A DNA stretch of 64,000 bases from Vicinamibacterales bacterium (lineage in GTDB: Bacteria; Acidobacteriota; Vicinamibacteria; Vicinamibacterales; SCN-69-37), in assembly GCA_041394725.1 (NCBI GenBank), contig JAWKHR010000008.1, positions 64,075-128,074 of the forward strand, given 5' to 3'. Below the pieces are notes generated by a model that worked only from the letters and a program-made list of their open reading frames with translations, did no database searches and was not told where the DNA came from. Shown here in pieces: positions 48,149-56,962 of this stretch; positions within the stretch are counted from its first letter, which is position 1; each line of letters starts with the position of its first letter. Made by a program: the position numbers and the translations under genes.

Positions 48149-50986
48149 ATGCAGAGGGTTCAGCACACGGAAACCACGGCGACCACGACGACCACCGCGC
48201 CGGCGGTCGGACGGACGTTCGGTCCCGGGCGTGAGGTGAGCGGTCTCGAGTTCGATCGCTACTTCAGCCGCGACGGGGTCGATCCGTTCGACGAGATCGA
48301 CTGGGAGTTGCGCGCGGCCGTCATCGCCAACGAACGCGGCGAGCTCGTCTTCGAGCAGCGCGACGTGGAGTTTCCGAAGTTCTGGTCCCAGCAGGCCACC
48401 AACATCGTCGTCTCGAAGTACTTCCGCGGGCAGATTGGCACGCCGGAGCGGGAGCGGTCGGTGCGGCAGCTCATCGGGCGGGTCGTGGACACGATCACGC
48501 AGTGGGCGCGCGAGCAGGAATATTTCGCGTCGGAGGACGACCTGCAGGCGTTCTCGGACGACCTGAAGCACCTGCTGGTGTACCAGAAGGGGTCGTTCAA
48601 CAGCCCGGTCTGGTTCAACTGCGGCTTCGAGAAGTCGCCGCAGTGCTCGGCGTGCTTCATCAATTCGGTCCAGGACACGATGGACTCGATCCTCACCCTG
48701 GCGCGGACCGAGGGCATGCTGTTCAAGTTCGGGTCGGGCACCGGGTCCAACCTCTCGCCGATCCGGTCGGCGCGCGAGCTGCTCGCGGGCGGCGGCACGG
48801 CGTCGGGGCCGGTGTCGTTCATGAAGGGCTTCGACGCGTTCGCCGGCGTGATCAAGTCGGGCGGCAAGACGCGTCGCGCGGCGAAGATGGTCATCCTCAA
48901 CGCCGAGCATCCGGACGTCGTCGAGTTCATCAACTGCAAGGTGGACGAGGAGCGCAAGGCGTGGGCGCTCATCGACGCGGGCTACGACGGCTCGTTCACG
49001 GGCCCGGCCTACGCGTCGGTGTTCTTCCAGAACTCGAACAACTCGGTCCGCGCGACCGACGAGTTCATGCGGGCGGTGGTCGACGACGGCGAGTGGCAGA
49101 CGCGGGCGGTGCTCGCGCCGCACGACGTCATGGACACCTACCGGGCGCGCGACCTGATGCACCAGATCGCCGACGCGACGTGGGTGTGCGGCGACCCCGG
49201 CATGCAGTTCGACACGACGATCAACGACTGGCACACGTGCCCGAACACGGCCCGCATCAACGCGAGCAACCCGTGCTCGGAGTACATGTTCCTGGACGAC
49301 TCGGCGTGCAACCTGGCGTCGATCAACCTGATGAAGTTCGTGCGCGAGGACGGCGAGTTCGACGCGCCGGCGTTCGCGAAGGCGTGCGAGACGTTCATCA
49401 CCGCGCAGGAGATCCTGGTCGACAACGCGAGCTACCCGACCACGTCGATCGGGCGCAACAGCCACGACTACCGGCCGCTCGGCCTGGGCTACGCGAACCT
49501 GGGCGCGCTGCTGATGTCGCGCGGCCTGCCGTACGACAGCGACGCCGGCCGGGACTACGCCGCGGCCATCACGGCCGTCATGCACGGCGCGGCCTACGCG
49601 CAGTCGTCGCGCGTCGCGCGCGACCACGGCGGGCCGTTCCCGGGCTACGAGAAGAACCGCGAGCCGATGCTGCGCGTCATGCGGAAGCACCGCGCCGCGC
49701 TCAAGGACATCGACCGCACCCACGTGCCGAGCGACCTGTTCCAGGCCGCGCGCGACATCTGGGACGAGTGCATCGAGCTCGGCGAGGCCCACGGCTACCG
49801 CAACGCGCAGGCGACCGTCCTCGCGCCGACCGGCACCATCGGCTTCATGATGGACTGCGACACGACCGGCGTCGAGCCGGACATCGCGCTCGTCAAGTAC
49901 AAGAAGCTCGTCGGCGGCGGCCTGATGAAGATCGTCAACAACACCGTCCCGATGGCCCTCGAGAAGCTCGGCTACACCGCCGCCGAGATCAAGGACATCG
50001 TCGGCTACATCGACGAACACGAGACGATCGAGGGCGCGCCGCACCTCAAGGACCACCACCTGGCGGTCTTCGACTGCGCGTTCAAGCCGGCCCGGGGCGT
50101 CCGGTCCATCCACTACATGGGCCACATCCGCATGATCGGCGCCGTCCAGCCGTTCATCTCCGGCGCCATCAGCAAGACCGTCAACGTGCCGAAGGACGCC
50201 TCGGTCGAGGACATCGAGAAGGCCTACATCGACGCGTGGCGGCTCGGCGCCAAGGCCGTCTCGATCTATCGCGACGGCAGCAAGCGCACCCAGCCGCTCA
50301 ACACGTCCAAGGACAAGCAGGCGGCCACCGAGGCCGCGGGCGCGTCGCCGACCGACGCGCCCCGGCGCCGCAAGCTGCCCGACGAGCGCCAGTCGATCAC
50401 CCACAAGTTCGACATCGCCGGGCACGAGGGCTACATCACCGTCGGCCTCTACGAGGACGGCCTGCCGGGGGAACTCTTCCTGACCATGGCGAAGGAAGGG
50501 TCGACGATCTCCGGGTTCGCCGACGCGTTCGCCCAGGCCATCAGCTACGCGCTCCAGTACGGCGTGCCGCTGCAGGACCTGGTGGACAAGTTCAGCCACG
50601 TCCGCTTCGAGCCGTCCGGCATGACGCGCAACCCGGACATCCGGTTCGCCAAGTCGATCGTGGACTACATCTTCCGGTGGCTCGCCGCGAAGTTCCTCTC
50701 GCCCGAGGCCCAGTACGTGGCCGGCGTCAACAACCGCGAGGAGGTGACGACGCCCGAGCAGCTCACGCTGGACGTGCAGGCGATGGCAGCCGGGAAGGCG
50801 GAGACCGCCGGCCGGAAGGAGCCCGCCTCGGGGACCGGCACGACCGGCGCCGCGAAGGCCTCCACCTTCGCCGCGATCCAGAACCAGGAGGACGCGCCGC
50901 CCTGCTCGACCTGCGGCTCGATCATGATCCGCGCCGGCGCCTGCTACAAGTGCGCCAACTGCGGCACGACCAGCGGCTGCGCGTAG
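48149..50986 (+). CDS. nrdJ: Class II (adenosylcobalamin-dependent) ribonucleoside-diphosphate/triphosphate reductase
   Basis: ATG 48149 is preceded by GGAGG. WSQQATNIVVSKYF, NPCSEYMFLDDSACNLASINL, TVLAPTGTI, ISKTVNVP. C-terminal Cys-rich tail CSTCGS...CYKCANCG. Confidence 0.9.
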   Translation: MQRVQHTETTATTTTTAPAVGRTFGPGREVSGLEFDRYFSRDGVDPFDEIDWELRAAVIANERGELVFEQRDVEFPKFWSQQATNIVVSKYFRGQIGTPERERSVRQLIGRVVDTITQWAREQEYFASEDDLQAFSDDLKHLLVYQKGSFNSPVWFNCGFEKSPQCSACFINSVQDTMDSILTLARTEGMLFKFGSGTGSNLSPIRSARELLAGGGTASGPVSFMKGFDAFAGVIKSGGKTRRAAKMVILNAEHPDVVEFINCKVDEERKAWALIDAGYDGSFTGPAYASVFFQNSNNSVRATDEFMRAVVDDGEWQTRAVLAPHDVMDTYRARDLMHQIADATWVCGDPGMQFDTTINDWHTCPNTARINASNPCSEYMFLDDSACNLASINLMKFVREDGEFDAPAFAKACETFITAQEILVDNASYPTTSIGRNSHDYRPLGLGYANLGALLMSRGLPYDSDAGRDYAAAITAVMHGAAYAQSSRVARDHGGPFPGYEKNREPMLRVMRKHRAALKDIDRTHVPSDLFQAARDIWDECIELGEAHGYRNAQATVLAPTGTIGFMMDCDTTGVEPDIALVKYKKLVGGGLMKIVNNTVPMALEKLGYTAAEIKDIVGYIDEHETIEGAPHLKDHHLAVFDCAFKPARGVRSIHYMGHIRMIGAVQPFISGAISKTVNVPKDASVEDIEKAYIDAWRLGAKAVSIYRDGSKRTQPLNTSKDKQAATEAAGASPTDAPRRRKLPDERQSITHKFDIAGHEGYITVGLYEDGLPGELFLTMAKEGSTISGFADAFAQAISYALQYGVPLQDLVDKFSHVRFEPSGMTRNPDIRFAKSIVDYIFRWLAAKFLSPEAQYVAGVNNREEVTTPEQLTLDVQAMAAGKAETAGRKEPASGTGTTGAAKASTFAAIQNQEDAPPCSTCGSIMIRAGACYKCANCGTTSGCA

Positions 50987-51050
50987 GCGGGGGTTGCGGG
51001 TCCGCCGCCGGCCGGTGGCCGGGAGCCGGCGCGGCTGGCGCACGTGACAC

Positions 51051-51088
51051 ACGAAGGGCGGGAGCCGGGCTCCCGCCCTTCGTCGTTT
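51051..51088 (+). terminator. Stem-loop terminator downstream of nrdJ
   Basis: Perfect 15-bp stem ACGAAGGGCGGGAGC / GCTCCCGCCCTTCGT with a 3-nt loop, followed by CGTTTCC (a weak U-tract). Confidence 0.6.
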
Positions 51089-51153
51089 CCGGGCGCCGCG
51101 GACCCGCGTGCTATGCTGGCCCCTTTCCTCGGCACCCGGAAGGAAGGTGAGAC

Positions 51154-51810
51154 GTGCGAAAGCTGTCCCTGACGCTGGCGCTGGCCTGGCTGGTTGCGGG
51201 CGTCCTGTCCGCCGGCGCGCGGGCGCAGACCCAGGCGAATCCGTCCCACGTGCACATGGGGCACGTGATGACGAGCTTCATGAACACGCCCGACAAGCAG
51301 GGCCTGCTGCCGGTCGCGCGCGCGGAGGCCGCCACCGCCGCGCAGCACGCGGCGCTCGCGGCCAAGTCGCCGACCGACCTGAACGCCATGAAGCTCCACG
51401 CCGGTCACGTGCTGCACGCGATCGACCCGAGCGTGGAGGCGAACGGACCCGGCCTGGGCTACGGCGTCAAGCGCGCGGCGCAGGGCGTGGCGCAGCACAT
51501 CGAGCTCGCCGCCAAGGCCGAGGGCGCGTCGCAGAACGTCAAGACGCACGCGGTGCACGTGGCGGCCGCGGCGAACTCGACCGTCCAGCGCGCCGACCAG
51601 ATCATCGCGATCGCCCAGAAGATCCGCGCGGCATCCACGGCCGCCGAGGCCGCGCCGCTCGCCGCCCAGATGAGCACGCTCTGCCAGCAGCTCACGACCG
51701 GCGCCGACGTCAACGGTGATGGCCGGGTGAACTGGGACGCGCCCGAGGGCGGCCTGGACCAGGCACTGCAGCACATGCAGCTGATGGAGAAGGGCGAAGG
51801 CGGGCTCTGA
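51154..51810 (+). CDS. His-rich periplasmic helical protein, hypothetical
   Basis: GTG start after AAGGAAGG. Signal peptide LAWLVAGVLSAGARAQ. Recurrent H-x-H / HxxH patches (HVHMGHV, LHAGHVLHAI, THAVHV). Confidence 0.5.
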   Translation: MRKLSLTLALAWLVAGVLSAGARAQTQANPSHVHMGHVMTSFMNTPDKQGLLPVARAEAATAAQHAALAAKSPTDLNAMKLHAGHVLHAIDPSVEANGPGLGYGVKRAAQGVAQHIELAAKAEGASQNVKTHAVHVAAAANSTVQRADQIIAIAQKIRAASTAAEAAPLAAQMSTLCQQLTTGADVNGDGRVNWDAPEGGLDQALQHMQLMEKGEGGL

Positions 51811-51865
51811 CCGCGGGCGGCGGCGTTTCGGGCATAGTAACGGGGGAGTCCGCGCCGCCGTCCCC

Positions 51866-52792
51866 GTGCCCATGCCGCCCACTGACACCGAGGTCGATCG
51901 CCTCTATCAGCTTTCGTTGCAGGAGTTTACGGCCGAACGGAACGCCCTCGCCAAGGCTCGCGGGGCGGCCGGCGCGCCGATCCGGAAGCTCCAGAAGCCC
52001 AGCGTTCCCGCCTGGGCCGTCAACCAGCTGTACTGGCATCGACGCCGGGTGTACGACGCGCTGATCCAGGCGGCCACGCGACGCCGCGAGGCGCACGGCG
52101 CGCGCCTGGCCGGGCGCGACGTCGATCTCGACGCGCTCGAGCAGGCGCACCAGGCGGCGCTGCGTGACGCGGTGGCCAGCGTCCGCGCGCTCCTGCGGGA
52201 CGCGGGCGAGGCGGAGACCAGCGCGACGATCAACCAGGTCACCGACACACTGCAGGCGCTGCCGGGAGACGATCCGCCAGGGCGCCTCGTGCGGCCGCTC
52301 AAGCCGCAGGGGTTCGAGGCACTGGCCGGCCTCGTCTCCGGCGGCGCGTGGACGGCGGCGGCGCGCGTCGCGGGGCCGGCGACGGCCGCGCGCGGCGGGG
52401 CGGGCCGGACGACGAGCCCGCCGGCGGCCAGTGCGGCCACGAAAGCCGAGAAGCGCGCGGCGGTCGTGGCGGCCCGCCGCGCGGCGGAGCACGCGCGCCG
52501 TCAGGCGCAGGCCCGCGCGCGCGAGGCCGCGAAGGTGGAGAAGCAGGTGCGCGCGGCACGGGCCGGCGAGCGCCTCGCGGAGGCGGCGTTCACCCGCGCG
52601 CGCACGGCCCTCGCCCGCGCGGAGCGCGACCGCGACCGGCTCGAGGACCAGATCAAGTTCCTCGGCAAGCAGATCCAGGACCTGGTCGAGGAGATCCGCC
52701 GTCGCGAACGCGAGCTCGCGCAGGCCGCCGCCGACCGCACCCAGCTCGAGCGCCGCCTGGCCTCGCTCCGCGACCAGACCGGCCGCCGCTGA
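51866..52792 (+). CDS. Hypothetical protein with an Ala/Arg-rich coiled-coil C-terminus
   Basis: Long ORF with consistent GC3 bias and heptad-like RAREAAKVEKQVRAARAGERLAEAAF...LEDQIKFLGKQIQDLVEEIRRRERELAQ. No enzyme motif. Confidence 0.45.
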   Translation: MPMPPTDTEVDRLYQLSLQEFTAERNALAKARGAAGAPIRKLQKPSVPAWAVNQLYWHRRRVYDALIQAATRRREAHGARLAGRDVDLDALEQAHQAALRDAVASVRALLRDAGEAETSATINQVTDTLQALPGDDPPGRLVRPLKPQGFEALAGLVSGGAWTAAARVAGPATAARGGAGRTTSPPAASAATKAEKRAAVVAARRAAEHARRQAQARAREAAKVEKQVRAARAGERLAEAAFTRARTALARAERDRDRLEDQIKFLGKQIQDLVEEIRRRERELAQAAADRTQLERRLASLRDQTGRR

Positions 52793-52848
52793 GTCGGCCA
52801 CGCCCCGCTCCGGCGAACCCCCGGCGCCAGCCGGTGTCCAACAAGCCC

Positions 52849-55248
52849 ATGCCGGGATTCCCCTCCGATCTTGCCGCGGCCGTGAAGGCCCTCCGTGGCG
52901 CCGCCTGGACCACCGTGGCGGCCGTGCTCACCATGGCGCTCGGGACCGGCGCGAACGTGGCCGTGCTGGCCGTCGCCTACGGGGCGCTCTGGCGGCCCCT
53001 GCCCATGGCCGACGCCGACCGGCTCGTCGCCATCGACCTCGGCGATCCCGGCGACGCCCGGCCCGGTGACACGGTCCGGCGCGACGAGCTGGACCAGTGG
53101 CGCGAGCGCTTCCGCGCCATCGAGGGCGTGGCGGGCTGGTCGCCCGCCGAGTTCACCGTCCGTGGCCTGGACGTTCCGGAGGTCGTCCAGGCGGCGGTCG
53201 TCACGCCCGACTTCTTCGACGTGGTCGGCGCGACGCCGCGGGAGGGCCGGGTCTTCACTGCCGGCGGCGATCGTGGTCTCGCGGTGCTCGGGGCCGAGTT
53301 CGCTGCGCGCACGCGACGCCGCGGCGTCGACCCGTTCGGCCGGCCCCTGACGATCGGCGCGTCGACGCTCCAGGCCGCGGGCATCCTGCCCGCGGCGTTC
53401 GCGCTGCCGAACCAGGCGGAACTCTGGGTCCGCGAGGACGCCGTGGAAGCCGTACGGCTCGGCAACGCGGCGGACTTCCGGTCGTTCCGGATGGTAGGCC
53501 GGCTGGCGCCCGGCGCGACGCCGGCCCAGGCGCAGGAGGATGCCTCGCGCGTCCTGCGGGAGGTGAACGAGGTGCGCGGGATCACCGGCGGGGAGCGCCG
53601 GGTGGTGGTGCGCCCGCTGCGCGACCTGCTCGTCGGCGAGGCGCGTCCGGTGCTGCTCGCGTTCATCGGCGCGGCGGTCCTGCTCCTGCTGGTCGCGTGC
53701 GCGAACGTGGCGACGCTGCTCGTCAGCCGCTCCGTCCGCCGCCAGCGTGAGTTCGCGGTGCGGCTGGCGCTCGGGGCGAGTCCCGCGCGGCTCGTGCGGG
53801 TCGCGCTCGTCGAGAGCCTGATCATCGCGTCGGCCGGCGCCGTGCTGGGCCTCCTGCTGGCGCGCCTCGGCGGCGGCCTGCTGCTGCCGCTGACGTCGGA
53901 CGAGCTGCCGCGCGTGGCGCTCGCCTCGCTCGACCTGCCGGCGCTCCTCGCCGGGGCCGCGCTCGCGACGCTGACCACGGTGCTGGCCGGTGCGGCCCCC
54001 GCGGTCGCGGCCGCCCGCGCCGACTTCGGCGCGGCGTTCCGCACGGCGACGATCGCCGGCTCGCGCGGCGGCCGCCGCGTCCGCCAGGCGCTCGTCGTCG
54101 TCCAGCTCGCGATGGCGGTGGTGCTGCTCGTCGGCGCCGGCCTCTTCGCGCGCTCGGTCACGAGCCTCCTTTCGACCGACCTCGGCATCGATCCGGGCGA
54201 CGCCCTCACGTTCCGCCTCCACCTGACCGAGACGACGCGGTTCGACGCGACGTCGCAGGGGCCGTTCATCGAGGAGCTGCTGCGCCGGGTGCGGGCGCTG
54301 CCCGGCGTCGAGGCGGCGGGCGTCGGCAGCAACCTGCCGCCCGGCACCGCGCAGCTGCGCATGATGATCCGGGTGGTCAACGGCGAGGACTCGCAGACGA
54401 AGACCTTCGAGTTCGGGTCGGCCTCGCCCGGCTACTTCGAGGCCATCGGGGCGCGCCTCGTGCGCGGCCGGCTGTTCGAGCCTTCCGACGTCGGCGGGCC
54501 GCCGGTCGCGGTACTGAGCGAGTCGGCCGAGCGGCACACCGCGTCGCTGGGCGATCCGGTCGGGCGTGAGCTGTTCTACCCGCTGCCGCGCGCCACGGGC
54601 GACCGCGTGAAGCCCCGCGTGGTCGGCATCATCCAGGACGTGCGGTACGCCGGCCTCGAGACGCCGGCCAACGGCAGCATCTACGTGCTCTGGTCCGAGC
54701 TGCCGACCGGCCTCACGTACCTCACGGTGCGCGGCCGGACGCCCGCCGCGACGCTCGCGCCCGCGGTACTGCGGACGATGCGGGACCTGGATCCGACGCT
54801 GCCGCTGCCCGAGGTGCGCACGCTCTCGCAGGAGGTGCACCGGACGATCCTCGGCCGCGAGATGCGGCTCGCGCTCGTCGGCGCGTTCGCGGTCCTCGCC
54901 TGCCTGCTGTCGCTGGCCGGCCTCTCCGGCGTGCTGGGTCGATCGGTGACCGAGCGACGGCGCGAGATCGCGATCCGCGCGGTGCTCGGCGCGACGCCGA
55001 TCCGCGCCGTCGCCCTGGTGCTGCGCGACGCGCTCCTGCTCACGCTGGTCGGCGTGGTGGCCGGGCTGGGCCTGGCCGTGGCGACCGGCCGGAGCCTGGC
55101 GTCGCTGCTCTACGGTGTCACGCCGACCGACCCGCTCACGTTCGGCGTGGTGGCTGGCGGGCTCGCGTTGCTGGCGCTCGCGGCGGTGGTCGTGCCGGCG
55201 GCGCGGGCGTCGCGCGTCCGGCCGGCCGAACTGCTCCGGTCGGAGTGA
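52849..55248 (+). CDS. Duplicated FtsX/MacB-type ABC permease (ADOP-like, no adjacent ATPase)
   Basis: ATG 52849. Two MacB_PCD+FtsX halves. Each half ends in a 3-TM FtsX block (REFAVRLALGASPARL, REIAIRAVLGATPIRA). Confidence 0.85.
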   Translation: MPGFPSDLAAAVKALRGAAWTTVAAVLTMALGTGANVAVLAVAYGALWRPLPMADADRLVAIDLGDPGDARPGDTVRRDELDQWRERFRAIEGVAGWSPAEFTVRGLDVPEVVQAAVVTPDFFDVVGATPREGRVFTAGGDRGLAVLGAEFAARTRRRGVDPFGRPLTIGASTLQAAGILPAAFALPNQAELWVREDAVEAVRLGNAADFRSFRMVGRLAPGATPAQAQEDASRVLREVNEVRGITGGERRVVVRPLRDLLVGEARPVLLAFIGAAVLLLLVACANVATLLVSRSVRRQREFAVRLALGASPARLVRVALVESLIIASAGAVLGLLLARLGGGLLLPLTSDELPRVALASLDLPALLAGAALATLTTVLAGAAPAVAAARADFGAAFRTATIAGSRGGRRVRQALVVVQLAMAVVLLVGAGLFARSVTSLLSTDLGIDPGDALTFRLHLTETTRFDATSQGPFIEELLRRVRALPGVEAAGVGSNLPPGTAQLRMMIRVVNGEDSQTKTFEFGSASPGYFEAIGARLVRGRLFEPSDVGGPPVAVLSESAERHTASLGDPVGRELFYPLPRATGDRVKPRVVGIIQDVRYAGLETPANGSIYVLWSELPTGLTYLTVRGRTPAATLAPAVLRTMRDLDPTLPLPEVRTLSQEVHRTILGREMRLALVGAFAVLACLLSLAGLSGVLGRSVTERRREIAIRAVLGATPIRAVALVLRDALLLTLVGVVAGLGLAVATGRSLASLLYGVTPTDPLTFGVVAGGLALLALAAVVVPAARASRVRPAELLRSE

Positions 55249-55267
55249 GCCCGGCCGGCTGCGCGGC

Positions 55268-56560
55268 TCAGAACGGCTTCTCGAGGCTGTCGGACTGCTT
55301 CGTGAACAGCTCGGCGCCGGTGTCGGTGATGTGCATGTCGTCCTCGAGCCGGACGCCGAACTCGCCGCGGATGTAGATCCCCGGTTCGTCGCTGAAGGTC
55401 ATCCCGGGCTGCAGCTTCAGCGTGTTGTCGCGGACGAGGTACGGCCACTCGTGGCCGTCCATGCCCATGCCGTGGCCGACGCGGTGCGTGAAGTACGTGT
55501 AGTCGGGCCCGTAGCCGGCGTCGACGATCACCTTGCGCGCGGCGGCGTCCACGGCCTGGCACTCGACGCCCGGCCTCGCGGTGGCGAGCGCGGCGTCCTG
55601 CGCGCGGCGCTCGATCTCGAAGACGTCCTTCATCTTCTGCGTCGGCGCGCCGAGCACGAACGTCCGGCTGATGTCGGACGAGTAGCCCTCGACCTTGCAG
55701 CCGCCGTCGATCAGCAGGATCGTGCCCTCGCGCACCACCTGCGGCTGGATCGAGCCGTGGGGCAGGGCCGAGTACTCGCCGACCTGGACGCCCGCGCCGC
55801 CCTCGAAGCCCAGCCGAGAATGCGCGGCCGAGACGAGGCCGGCGAACTCGTTCTGGGTCATGCCCTCGCGGAGCGCCTTCCAGGCGGCCTCGTAGGCCGT
55901 GATCGTCACCTGCGAGGCGAGCCGCATCAGCTCCAGCTCGTGCGCGTCCTTCACCGCCCGGCAGCCGGCCGTGATCGGCGTGCCGCTCGTGAGCGTGAGT
56001 CCCGGCGCCGCGGCGGCCACGCCGTCCGAGAAGACGTATTTCACGGTCTCCTCGATGCCGATGCGGCCCGTGGCCAGCCCGCGGTCCTTGAGGCCCGCGG
56101 CGACGAGTGCGTACGGGTTCTCGTGCTCCTGCCAGGTGCGGACGTCGAAGTCGCCGGTGAACGGGCCGAGCGCGAGCTGCTCGCGCGCGCGCTCCTCCTC
56201 GAAGGCGGGGCACACCGCGAACGGCTCGCCCGACACCGGGATGACGACGGTGAACAGGCGTTCGCCGCCGCTCCAGTTGACGTTGGCGAAGTAGACCATC
56301 GACGTGCCGCCGGTGAGCATCAGCGCGTCGATCCGGCTGTCTCGCATGAGCTGGCGCGCGCGCTCGGCGCGGCCGCGGCGTTCGTCGGCGGTGATCGGGC
56401 GCGCCCGGTCGCGCATCGACGCCAGCGCGGCGATGGACGGCGGGAGCGCCGCATCGCTCCCGGCGGCGTCGGATGAGGGCGCGGGAGCCGGCGCGCAGGA
56501 GGCCGCCAGGCCGAGGCCGGACAGGGAGGTCAGGGACAGGAAGGCGCGGCGTGAGAACAT
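55268..56560 (-). CDS. M24-family Xaa-Pro aminopeptidase, exported (Tat-like signal)
   Basis: MFSRRAFLSLTSLSGLGLAA signal. Creatinase-like N-domain. Metal ligands in HRVGHGMGMDGHE...GMTFSDEPGIY...RLED. Confidence 0.85.
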   Translation of the reverse strand: MFSRRAFLSLTSLSGLGLAASCAPAPAPSSDAAGSDAALPPSIAALASMRDRARPITADERRGRAERARQLMRDSRIDALMLTGGTSMVYFANVNWSGGERLFTVVIPVSGEPFAVCPAFEEERAREQLALGPFTGDFDVRTWQEHENPYALVAAGLKDRGLATGRIGIEETVKYVFSDGVAAAAPGLTLTSGTPITAGCRAVKDAHELELMRLASQVTITAYEAAWKALREGMTQNEFAGLVSAAHSRLGFEGGAGVQVGEYSALPHGSIQPQVVREGTILLIDGGCKVEGYSSDISRTFVLGAPTQKMKDVFEIERRAQDAALATARPGVECQAVDAAARKVIVDAGYGPDYTYFTHRVGHGMGMDGHEWPYLVRDNTLKLQPGMTFSDEPGIYIRGEFGVRLEDDMHITDTGAELFTKQSDSLEKPF

Positions 56561-56640
56561 CGAATCCTCCAGGAAGTCGTGCGCCGTCACCGGGGGGTCG
56601 GCATCCGCAACCCGAGGCACGACGTGGCGACAGCCTACAC

Positions 56641-56727
56641 GATCGGGGGCGGCTCGATCGGGGGCGGGGTGGCAGCCATGACGGGCCTGTGACGGTGACC
56701 GCGGATTGCGCTGGAGTCCGCTGGAGT
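56641..56727. repeat. Short tandem duplications in a 402-nt non-coding gap
   Basis: GATCGGGGGCGG at 56641 and 56656 (15-nt period). CGCTGGAGT at 56709 and 56719 (10-nt period). Confidence 0.5.
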
Positions 56728-56962
56728 TCCTTCGGGCCGATCCCGCCTGCGTCGTTTCGCGCGGTCGGCCGAATCCCTCGTCCGACCTCGACCGGTAACT
56801 TTGGGTCGGATCGGCCTGTCCATCTTTCAGTACTCACGATGCCGGTTCGACTTACGGCATGATGAATCGCCGTACCCGTGAACACGTGGTCCGTGGCGCG
56901 CCGTTTGCAACCTGCGCAGGGTTCCATCGGTCCAAGGGTCAGCACCGCTGCGTGAGGTCACG

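Noticed and set aside
48104-51052. A 982-aa minus-strand ORF and an 882-aa +2-frame ORF (48502-51150), both overlapping nrdJ.
   Set aside because: nrdJ carries unambiguous class II RNR motifs in its own frame. The overlapping ORFs are Arg/Gly/Pro-rich with no recognisable domains.
56839-56860. The GGTTCGA string (gccGGTTCGActtacggc), which resembles a tRNA T-loop.
   Set aside because: The stem would enclose a 10-nt loop. There is no acceptor stem, D-arm or anticodon arm in the flanks. It is not a tRNA.
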